IMG/VR virus record: IMGVR_UViG_3300030106_001122
Coordinates: 1,309 to 65,308 of that record
From: a virus
Taxonomy: Duplodnaviria > Caudoviricetes
Length of the DNA stretch: 64,000 nt
Direction: 5' to 3' (one strand)
Shown: positions 36,705-47,000 of the stretch, one piece after another
How the letters are laid out: every line of letters begins with the position of its first letter
Numbering within the stretch: position 1 is the first letter of the stretch
Position numbers and translations under genes: made by a program
The notes under the pieces: generated by a model
Databases searched by the model: none
What the model saw: the letters and a program-made list of their open reading frames with translations, nothing else
What the model was told of the DNA's origin: nothing

Positions 36705-37564
36705 TATTTAATACTTTTAAATTCTACATCTATCTTAGAGTAGTCTATCATTTCGTATCCACTTTCATGTTTAGTAACTACATCTCTAGGTACCTCATCT
36801 GACATAGCGCCCTGGAACTTACCTTCACCAAATTTCTTGTCTTTATACTCAAACACGTATATACCTATACCGCTAGGCGAGCTACCTATTAATTCTATGT
36901 TTTTCTTTGCTCTTCTATCTGAAAGACCAGCTAAAGAACTTACACCACTACTAAGAGCTTCCATTTGAGCTGCTTCATATCCAGCTGTTCTCTCTTGAGC
37001 TCCAGCGTAAGCTTGTTGATCCATGCCCAACAGAGTAGACTGTTTGTCCATTTCTCTTTGCTGAGCTGTTTGTTCACCTGTAGCTATTTGAGTAGCGACA
37101 TCCTGAGCTCCTTTAGCTTCCTGTGTTTGTAACCTACCAGCTTCCGCTGCCATCTTAGCTTGATTAGCTGATTCTTGTTGACCAATACTAGCTGATGCTT
37201 GCTGTGAGGCTAACTGACCAGACTGAGCCATTTGTTGTGCTAGCGCAGCTATACCACTACCACCAGCAGCTCCACTCATTTGATCCATTATGTTAGCTCT
37301 TTGCTGTTGACCTTGCTGGTTCATCATTTGAGCTTCTTGCTGATTAACAGTAAGATCCTCCATAGTATTCTCCAGTCCAGCAAACTGATTAGTCATGCCA
37401 GCAAAGGGATTACTAGTGTCAGTGGCTTCAAATGCTGCTCTTGATTTAGCCATTTGAGCCTTAGCCTTAGCTTCTTGACGTTCAGCTTGCTTTTTCTTTT
37501 TTCTATTACTAAAGTAACTTACACCTGCACCGGCTAACCCGACACCAACTGCTATAAAACTCAT
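36704..37564 (-). CDS. putative ejection protein with C-terminal peptidase S74-like chaperone domain
   Basis: Gly-rich hydrophobic N-terminus, Q/A-rich helix, C-terminal SDRRAKKNI...YVFEYK...QGAMSDEV...IDYSKID. Confidence 0.7.
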   Translation of the reverse strand: MSFIAVGVGLAGAGVSYFSNRKKKKQAERQEAKAKAQMAKSRAAFEATDTSNPFAGMTNQFAGLENTMEDLTVNQQEAQMMNQQGQQQRANIMDQMSGAAGGSGIAALAQQMAQSGQLASQQASASIGQQESANQAKMAAEAGRLQTQEAKGAQDVATQIATGEQTAQQREMDKQSTLLGMDQQAYAGAQERTAGYEAAQMEALSSGVSSLAGLSDRRAKKNIELIGSSPSGIGIYVFEYKDKKFGEGKFQGAMSDEVPRDVVTKHESGYEMIDYSKIDVEFKSIK

Positions 37565-37565
37565 A

Positions 37566-38165
37566 TTATTCTATTTTTAAATTAACTTTTTTTAACACCT
37601 CTATAGCATCGCAATCAGGTGGTAAGTCTTCATACTTAGCACAGACAACTTCTTCTTCAACTTCTTTTATCGATGTGTTCTCTGTTGCATGCACAGTAAT
37701 AAAAACACACTCTTCATGAGTGTATATAGCTCTTTTAGTACCTGGCTTTGTAACACCTTGATAAGGAGCTTCAATAGTATCTATGCCTTCTTCTGTTAAT
37801 ATAGACATACTACCTTTCATTAAAAAAAACGGGTGTTCTTTTTTATGAATCTTAGTTACTATTAAATGATTAGCAGGGTTGTATATTTCTCTTATATAAC
37901 AACCACCTGCAAATGTATGCTTAACTGGGTTTGCTTTATGTAACTCACCATTACTCATACCATGTTCTAGTAAATTATTTTCAAGCTCCACCATTTTCTC
38001 TCTAAACTCTTTTCTTCTTCTTATTTCTAAACCTATTTCCCAAGCTTCATCAAAATCAAAAGAATGTTTCAAGCCAAACTTTTCAGTCATTTCATAAAAC
38101 TGAGCTTTGCTTTCTTCTTTAGTTAAAGGCTTTTCTCTAACCTGTTTATCTATTTTGTCTTTCAT
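37566..38165 (-). CDS. cupin-fold protein
   Basis: HTFAGGCYIRE...VTKIHKKEH.FFLMKG...PGTKRAIYTHE..VFITVH. Confidence 0.65.
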   Translation of the reverse strand: MKDKIDKQVREKPLTKEESKAQFYEMTEKFGLKHSFDFDEAWEIGLEIRRRKEFREKMVELENNLLEHGMSNGELHKANPVKHTFAGGCYIREIYNPANHLIVTKIHKKEHPFFLMKGSMSILTEEGIDTIEAPYQGVTKPGTKRAIYTHEECVFITVHATENTSIKEVEEEVVCAKYEDLPPDCDAIEVLKKVNLKIE

Positions 38166-38187
38166 AAAATTACATTAAATTCATTAC

Positions 38188-38197
38188 TATAATCACA
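38188..38197 (-). promoter_or_regulatory. putative phage promoter element TGTRATnnTA
   Basis: TGTGATTATAGTAA, 14 nt identical to the copy at 49774-49787. Confidence 0.55.
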
Positions 38198-38208
38198 GTT
38201 ATAGATTT

Positions 38209-38595
38209 TTATTTACTACTCTCAAACACTTCACAACTAATAGAAAATATCTCACTTTTTATTTTTGAGTTATTAACCACTTTTGCTTTAGCAAAGTACC
38301 CCAGGGGTGAAGACATATTTACAGCGTTGTCTTTACTAAAAAGTATTAAACTTTGATTAGGGGTAGGTTGTACTACGTTACCAGATACTAAAACCTTTAT
38401 AGAGTATTTTGTTATGTTATTAGATGTAGTTATTATTATATCTGTTATAGGTCCAAGTTCTATTATATCAGAATTTTGACCCTGCATTCCAAAATCATAA
38501 AGCGGAGGTGATGTTGAGTTTACAAAATAAGCAGTATCACCAACTTGAGCTGAAGTGTTTATATCATTTGAAAATGTTAATGTAAGAGTAGGCAT
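38209..38595 (-). CDS. putative tail protein
   Basis: INTSAQVGDTAYF...FSKDNAVNMSSPLGYFA; located in the tail block. Confidence 0.6.
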   Translation of the reverse strand: MPTLTLTFSNDINTSAQVGDTAYFVNSTSPPLYDFGMQGQNSDIIELGPITDIIITTSNNITKYSIKVLVSGNVVQPTPNQSLILFSKDNAVNMSSPLGYFAKAKVVNNSKIKSEIFSISCEVFESSK

Positions 38596-38606
38596 ATTTT
38601 TTGTTA

Positions 38607-41078
38607 TTAAGATTCAATAAATATTTCTTTAAAATCAATACTCAACATCTGGGTTTGTTTACCATATTTTATCAATCTAACCTGAATATCTATAGTGCAA
38701 TCAGTAACAGCGTTATCTTGTAAACCATTACCAATATGTGCTCTAGCCTGTATAGTATATTCCTCTCCGTTATTTTTTATTGATTTAGTAAAAAACTTAG
38801 AAGGTATAGAGTAGTAAGCAACGGTTGTTCCATCAGCAGCGTACTTAGGTGTTAGTACACTTGTATTTAGTGAGAAAGTAGCACCACCTTTTCTTTGTCT
38901 AAATTGAAAGCTTTTAGTTTCTCCAGACTTAGATAATGGTTTAGCACCATACCTATTGTTAGCTAAAACCCCTGAAGTTCCACCAAAAGGTTTAGCATCT
39001 GTGACAGTATAATTTGCTATTGGTGAAGCACCTGCATGAGTGTAAGCATTAAATTTAACGCCAACTGGAGGGTATTGATAATATTTATTTACTAACGTAA
39101 CGCCTACATTTGAGGTTTTATTTGACTCTTGCACAGCTGGTCTATGAAGTACTCCACCGTCATTTAATGCTGATTTCAATATGCTTGTATTCAAACTAGC
39201 CGCCAAGTGTAGTTCAAAAACTTTAAACGCGTCTCGAGATTCTAATCTTTTTATTTCGGGTAAATTAATTGTATAAGCGCCGGACTTAGGCAATTTAATT
39301 CTACCTATTGGCATACCGCTAACTACACCTCCATTAAGTATGCTAGAAGTTATATCGGCTGTCGCATACCCACCTGATTTGCTTAAACCTGTTTGTGCTG
39401 TATCCGAGTCATTGATTCCAGATTCAACTTCCTTAAGCATTACTTCAAACTCAGCACCGTAATCCCCTAATATAGTAATCTCACCTTTACCTTCACCAAT
39501 ACCCTCTGATGGTATTAGATTATTAGACTTACTGCCACTAAGTTTGTTAAAGTTAGTTATAATATTTCTTATAGCATAAGATTCTGTTTTATTAATTGTA
39601 TTATAAGATGTAAATCTACTAGGCGCAACACCAGTATCGACATCAAGTGAATACAATCTTGTGTACCATCCTTGATAACACGTGTAATTTAAATTCCAAA
39701 AATAACCCTGTAAAGTATTGTTCCAATATCCACCATTTCTAGGCCCGGTTACGCTATCATCAAATCCCAACATAAATCCTTCGAACGGGTGCGCTGGATC
39801 TGTAATTAAAGCTGGCTCACCGTGCTCGTCAAGCGGATGTTCACTATTAAAAAGATCACTACTATCAGAGTCAAAATGCTCATACATTGACAAAGGATTG
39901 TCAGGTTTTAAACCATTAAAATTTTCCGTAAAAACTAAATCATAACTAATTCCAGTTACTACAGTTGTATATTCACCAGAGTAAGATCCTCCGTATCTAT
40001 TACCACTAACTGTATTTGTGAATGTAACGTTTTGTTGAGAAAACTTGTTTGGATAGTTATCATTAATGTAAGTATCTCTCTTTATAACGTTATCATGTCC
40101 CAGTACTTTTACGCATTTTGTAGGGTTAGTATCAAAATCGTCAGTACCACCTACTTTTGCAAAACCAAAAACTAATTGAGTACCTGGGTTTGGCTCAACA
40201 GAACTTTGTAAGAAAGGCCTAATTTGATTTTTACTGTTCCACTCTAATGGATATTCTAAATCAAAGCTGCAGGTTATATTAGCTAATATTTTTGGTACAG
40301 CTGTTTGTTCAGCAATATTAACTTCTACATCTGTAGTAAAATAATGTATATAAGCCATATGATTAAAACCTGAAAGGTAACCGTAAGAAGTATTTTCTCC
40401 ATCTAAACTTAATGAAATTGCATTACCTGGTCCAGCTTGTTGAGGACTTTTATATCGTTGGTTTCCAAAATCATTAGTTATATTGTCATGTAATGAAGCA
40501 CCGTAATAAACAACACCTTCTGCTGGTACTACAGTAAAATTACTTGGCCTAGGTCGTTGATTATCGCCTGGTGAGTTTGTACATGGTTCTAAAAAAGCTA
40601 TGGTGACTCTTCTAGTTTCTATGTTTAAATTATTCCAACTTTTGTTGTAAAAATCTAACTGAAGAGTCATATCGCTGGTAGGCACATAAGAACTATTAAG
40701 TTTTATTTCTGCTTTAACCTTATTACCCTCAACCCAAGCGTTGCTAGGTTCATCAGCGGCTGGGTTAGTGTTAGTAAATCTCACACCTTGTGTAAAACCA
40801 TCGGTATTTTGACTAACCATTAACCAATCGCTTGGATTGTGATTAAACAATTCAGGATGGTTGCTGTATGTTGCTAACGTCTTGTTTTCAAAATCTGTTG
40901 CATTAATAGCGAAACCATCATCAGGTATTATCATCAACTCAACTATAGTACTTGGAAGAGCAACACCACCGCTTAAAGTAATTGTGTTTGGAACAACTGT
41001 CTTACAGTGTGTTAAAAGTTCATCGTGCGGATCAGTGGACTGTGTCCATACTCCATCAATTTCTATAAAATGTGGCAT
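38607..41078 (-). CDS. hypothetical structural (tail-associated) protein
   Basis: 823-aa beta-rich ORF in the tail block. Confidence 0.6.
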   Translation of the reverse strand: MPHFIEIDGVWTQSTDPHDELLTHCKTVVPNTITLSGGVALPSTIVELMIIPDDGFAINATDFENKTLATYSNHPELFNHNPSDWLMVSQNTDGFTQGVRFTNTNPAADEPSNAWVEGNKVKAEIKLNSSYVPTSDMTLQLDFYNKSWNNLNIETRRVTIAFLEPCTNSPGDNQRPRPSNFTVVPAEGVVYYGASLHDNITNDFGNQRYKSPQQAGPGNAISLSLDGENTSYGYLSGFNHMAYIHYFTTDVEVNIAEQTAVPKILANITCSFDLEYPLEWNSKNQIRPFLQSSVEPNPGTQLVFGFAKVGGTDDFDTNPTKCVKVLGHDNVIKRDTYINDNYPNKFSQQNVTFTNTVSGNRYGGSYSGEYTTVVTGISYDLVFTENFNGLKPDNPLSMYEHFDSDSSDLFNSEHPLDEHGEPALITDPAHPFEGFMLGFDDSVTGPRNGGYWNNTLQGYFWNLNYTCYQGWYTRLYSLDVDTGVAPSRFTSYNTINKTESYAIRNIITNFNKLSGSKSNNLIPSEGIGEGKGEITILGDYGAEFEVMLKEVESGINDSDTAQTGLSKSGGYATADITSSILNGGVVSGMPIGRIKLPKSGAYTINLPEIKRLESRDAFKVFELHLAASLNTSILKSALNDGGVLHRPAVQESNKTSNVGVTLVNKYYQYPPVGVKFNAYTHAGASPIANYTVTDAKPFGGTSGVLANNRYGAKPLSKSGETKSFQFRQRKGGATFSLNTSVLTPKYAADGTTVAYYSIPSKFFTKSIKNNGEEYTIQARAHIGNGLQDNAVTDCTIDIQVRLIKYGKQTQMLSIDFKEIFIES

Positions 41079-41089
41079 ATGTTTTTATA

Positions 41090-44000
41090 TTAATTTCCGT
41101 CATCGGGACTGTGTGTTCCCATCTCTGTTATTGTTATATCCCATGAAGTATACTCGCAAGATCCATCATCAACATTTGCATCAGGATTATAATTGTCTGC
41201 GTCTGGATCCGTACATCCCTCAATGTCAAATACGCATCTGCAAACAGGGTCGTAATTATTCCAGAAATTTATTGGATCATCATTATATACGGCGAAAACG
41301 TCTGATGGCATGTTCGCGAAGTTGATAATGTTACTAGGTGTAGCATCTTGTCCAGCTTCTACAAACCAAAAATATTGGTTTAATTGATCCGTATCTGAGC
41401 AACCAGTCGTGTTTGCGAGTGGATTAAAGTTAATAGCATCTATATCCATACAACCTGTAATTACTGGTATACAACAAGCATCTTCTACACCAACAGCGCT
41501 TTGCCAGTTAGCTGGATGTATTTCTTCACAGAACTCTTGTGTGTCGGCTAACGGGTCGTAATTCCAAGCATCTGGATCCATACATCCCGAGTTGTAAACA
41601 CACACGTTTGCAAATGGATTACCTTCACTAGCTTCTGAATTCCAATTAAGAGCTATAGGATCAGTACACCCATCAACATGAGGTATACATGTACCATCAT
41701 CTTCTTGAGCTAGTGGATCATAGTTTTGAGCTGTAGGATCCATACAGCCATAAGCAGTGTAAGTACAACAGTCAGCACAAGCAACAGTAGCATTAACATC
41801 GTAGTTGTTAGCCAAAGAATCCATGCAACCAACTTTTACTTCTTCTTGAAACTCGCAAGAACCATCATCAACGTTAGCATTTGGATTATAATTTATTGCA
41901 TTTACATCCATGCATCCCTCAATTACTTCAACACAAGAACCATCATCTATGGTAGCAGCACTATTAAAGTTAAATGCGTTAGGATCTGTACAACCGCTTA
42001 TATCGTAATTACAGTCGTTTGAACTAACTGTAGCCTCTGGGTTATAGTTTGCCGCTAAAGGATCCATACATCCAACAACTTGAGGTATACTTATTGAACT
42101 TACCATACCTATACCCTGCACTGTAAACTCAGAAGTATCTAAATTTTCTAAAGTAGTAGGTATGCCATTTATATTACTAAACCACTTACCTTCTTTGTTT
42201 ATAAATTCTAAAACAGAAGACTCTTGAAGATCGGTATTAAAACTCTCTACAAACCAACCGTCTTTACTGTGCCAGTTGTAGTACTCATTATCTCCAACGT
42301 AACCAAGACTATTACCACTAGCGTCTAACGCTAAATGGCCAGTGTAACCCCACTCAGTTATTTTAGCTTGATCACCCTCGTAATTCATAGCTGTAAAACC
42401 TTTTATAGCCCCAGGGTTTTCATTAAATAATATATCTATAGTAGAGTTGTATTGCTCACCATAAAAATTATTTGCTGGTACAACTAATCCTTCAAACCCA
42501 CTGCTATTAATTGTTACATCTTTATTATGATGTGACCAAACGCTACCGTTAGCGGCGGTTATATATTCGGCGTTAATAGATAAACCAGTGTCTGGCACGA
42601 ATGATTTAAAACTTGGCCAACCTTTAGTTTTTTCGTTAAAAGATACAGTGGTGCTTGTTAAACCTTCATTTGATCTTAAATACGGGTCACGGTATTTAAT
42701 AGTTAAATTATATTCGCCTTTTACCTCATCAAAAGTACCAATCAACTGATCAGCGTGTTTTAAGTTATCTCTAAAGTAACTTGACATACCAACGTCGGAT
42801 ATTGGTGTTAAACCATCTTGTGATAATCTAAGAACTTTACCTCGCTGCTTGTCTGTAAAATACATTCTATAAGCGTCAAAAGCTAAAGACTCTGGATTTG
42901 AAGATATACCATAATCACCAGCAAATGCCTTAGCATTACCCAACACAACATTAGAAGCGGTAACATTAGAACTACCGTCTGCATTGTATAAAGCGTCTTT
43001 GTTGGCTAGTATTTGTAATACTTTATCTTCACAAAATGTAACTAAATTAGTGTCTCTAGTCTTTAAAGCTTGTATAGACCCATATAGAGGATTTAAGTCT
43101 TTAGTTATAGCTTCAGCCATATTGAACTCGTTAAGCTTATTAACACCACTTGTAGAGTTGTATATTCCTGACCATATTAAACCACCACTTCTTCTTTCTC
43201 TTCTATAATCTTCTAACCCAGTAGAAACTTTACACCCATTATCTATTTGAGGCGCGTTGAAATCATCTCGTATCCTATCAGACTCTAATCCATTCCCAAA
43301 TGAATAACAGTTAAACCAAGGTAAAGTAGTTTTGTTATTGTAAACATTTTGATTTAATCTATAATAACCAGTCACCTCTCTAAATGTTATATCAAAACTA
43401 CCACTCTCTAAAACCTGTTGTTCACTGTAACCACAGTTATGCCAATATATAGTCGTGTAAGTACTACCAATGTCTATACCTGGAGTTGGACCGGCTGCAG
43501 TCTTAGTGAAAGTTCCTTTGAGTATGCTTAAATCTGAAGATGTTATTTCCCAAATCTTACCATCATCACTATTAAAATCGTCAGGTAAAGATGCTGTAAG
43601 TAGCTCTATAGTACTTTGACCATCAAAATTAGCCACAGTACATTGCAATGTGTATCTTGATGACTTTTCATAAGAAGCTGGGTTAAACGGGTATTCAACT
43701 TCCTGCTCTTCCACCATGGCACCAATAGTGCCAAAGCCCGTATCAACATCAACATAAACATTTTCTATAGCAGTGTAAGCTTCTTGATTGATGTATGATG
43801 TTATTGGTTTGTAGTAGTCTATAACTTTAGCTCTAGTCACGGAGCCATCCAATCTGTTAAAACTTAACTCATCTCCAATAGCTATAGGATAACGAGTAAC
43901 ATTATCCACGTCATCTGCTTGACCTAACCCTACAACATCTCTAATAGCGTATCTAACTGTTGGGGTAGCTGTAACAGCATCATCAACATAGCAATAATCT

Positions 44001-47000
44001 AAATTTACCGGTGTCATTTCAGCGTCTAATCTTTCAGACGTAACTGGAGTATTGCTAGGCGCAAATGATTGTATATTAGAATTGTTTAACTTTAAAGGTA
44101 AAGCACTAGTTGCTTCATAGTATAAATCTAATCCTACGTCTTCTTTAGGTTCAGTTTCCCATATAGCATTACCAACACTAGTTTGTAATACATCAGTATT
44201 GTCGTAACTAGATTGTACAATTTCTATATAAGTCATAGTAGTACCGTCATGTCTTAAGGCTGATCTAGGGTCCCAATAATCTAAATCTAAACCTTTAGTG
44301 TAATCGTCATACCTAGAGAAGTATAGTTTAAATGTACCACGCTTACACACGTTACTCCAGTTAGCACCTTCATAACATTCATGGCAATATGAGTTACCAC
44401 CCGAGTGTTGTCCACCATAATTAGAGCTTGCCAACCCAAAACCACTTTCTCCAATATCAGTACCTCTAACTACATATATAGTAGGTTCACCTGTGTACTG
44501 TCCATCACCATTACCTACTCCACCGCCGGGGTCAGATTTGAATCTAAACAGAGTACCTTCTTGTTGTAAGGCATCACGAAAAGCTAAAGTTTCCTCATCC
44601 CACGTGTCATCTCTCATTGCTGAAAAAGATATATGATTGACACCATCATCTACACTAAAAGGAGCAGCGTTACCGATAGCATTCATAGGACCACTAATCT
44701 CTCCACAGGGTTGATCGTTTGTTTTATTCCAGTTTGACCCATCTATAAACCACTTTGAAGAACCTTGTGGATTGTTATTCCAATACCATTTCCAAAACCC
44801 TTTAGTATTAGAAGCGCCTTCACCGCCATCGTCTCGAGCAAGCATATACCCATTCTGTATATTATGAGCATTGTTAGCGTTTGACCAGTCACCAAGCGCG
44901 TTACCTTCTCCCCAATTGTTTAATGAGGTGGCACATGTACTATAGTTGATGTCTGCAATAGTAGCGTCACCTTGAGAAGGTGGGGCGTAGTCACCTTGGT
45001 ATTTAGCCCAACTAGCTGGGTTTTTACCGTCAGATCTTGTACTATCTACATAACCAATTTTATATGAAGATACTGTTTTATATGACGAGGTTGCCACGTT
45101 AGTGCCTAAGATAGTGTTAGTTAACGTAGCATCTTTAAATACTTTTACGAAGAATCTACCCTCAAACTCTGGTCTGTTTTCTTCTACTGAATCTCTAACC
45201 TCTACGCTAACAGTTAAACCTGTACTAGTACCGAAGTTAATATCACCCGACATATCAGCTGTTGGACCAAAAGACCCAACAACAGTTATAGATCTGTTTG
45301 CATCGTGCAGTCTAGCTATTCTAACCCATTTAGAAAATCTTGTAACACCAGCTAGGGTACCAACTATTCTAGCCCATCCAACACCTTCAAATTTATAATC
45401 TTTAAAGGTATTATCATAAGCATCCCATGATTCACATTGAACACCTAAACTATTACTTAGATCAACACCAGAATCGCTGGACAGCGCTTCAAGACCTATA
45501 ATTCTGTTAGTACTCTTTATAAATCTAGGAGCTTCGTTTGATATTGCTAATATCTTATATCTAGCGTCTTCCTCTACAGGATCCTCACTACCGTGTTTAT
45601 TTTTTAAAGTTAGATATGTTTCTATATCTACTTTGTTTCTATCAGAAGATTGAAAAGATAACCATATATTACCATCTTCAGCTGGATACCATCTATCCAT
45701 AACTAAATTGTAATACTCATTGCTGGTTTCTTTTATATAATACTTATAATACTCGATCCAGTTATCAGGATTACCATCCCAATTTAACTCAGCACTAATC
45801 TTATTTACTTTAAATGAAACATTTTTAGGTACAAAAATACTATCAGGAAATGTTTGGTCTGCATAATCATTAGAAACTTCTTCCAGCGCTTGAGTATAAG
45901 CACCACCACCATTACCAATAACCTTACCACCAATACCCATTACTGGTGTTTCTCTACCATACTTATCACCAAATACAACTCCAACTTTGTATCTCCTAAG
46001 AGATTTTATAGATTTTATAGGGCTTAAATCTGTTGGGTGATCAGTAGATTCAATAGTAGAATGTACAAATACCTTTGATAAAGTATCATAGTTCTGCTCG
46101 TAGTTTGCAAAAACAACTCTATTGCCAGTAACCTCTTGAGCTTTAGCTGTTATTGGTACGTTATCCCAAGCTCTCAATGTTTGAGAAGATGGGAGAGTTT
46201 TATGTATCATTTCAGTAGTTATATCTACAACACCTGAATTACCACTACCCTCAGCGTTGTCATTCCACTCTTCGTCATAACCTCTTCTTATAGACTTTAC
46301 TACATAAACATTTGGAGATACAGTATCTTTAAATAAAATGTCAACAGCAATAACATCATCTGGTCTTTGAAAATCTTCTACAATAAAGTCTGTTATTTGT
46401 AAACTTCTCATAGTGTTTACCATACCTAAATTGTAACCCTTTGTAGGTAAGTAATCAAACTTGCTGGGTATAAAAGCTAACTCAGACCACGGCGAAAAAG
46501 AAGAATATTCTCCATCTTGATACTTGTATCTATAACCAAATCTACCAAACGTAGTTTCAAATATAGATTTCTTTTGAACAATTTCTATATCCCACTCTAA
46601 ATGACTACTATTTATTTCATCATCTATTTTAATTATTTGCACTCTGTGAACTCCAGAGGAAAGAACTTGCGTTACCTTAGCCGTTACAACTAAAGGTTCA
46701 GTAGTGCAAGTAAATTGTAGTGTTTGTCCTATACTAAACGAATCTCCATTTGCTATACAAGAGGTGTTTAATGAATCTCCATTCTCATTAAAAGTATCAA
46801 GTTTAACGTAGTCATCTACACCTGGTAAACTTTCTCCGTCCTCTAAAACCCAATTAAAAACACAGGAAGAAGAATAAGACGCTCCTTTTCCACCTTCAAA
46901 TTGAGACATTATCAATTTAGGCGCAGTCCTAGGGGCTCTTCTAATAAGAGTTATATGTTCCTCTTTATAAGCGCTATCTGTAGATTTGTCTATATATTCT

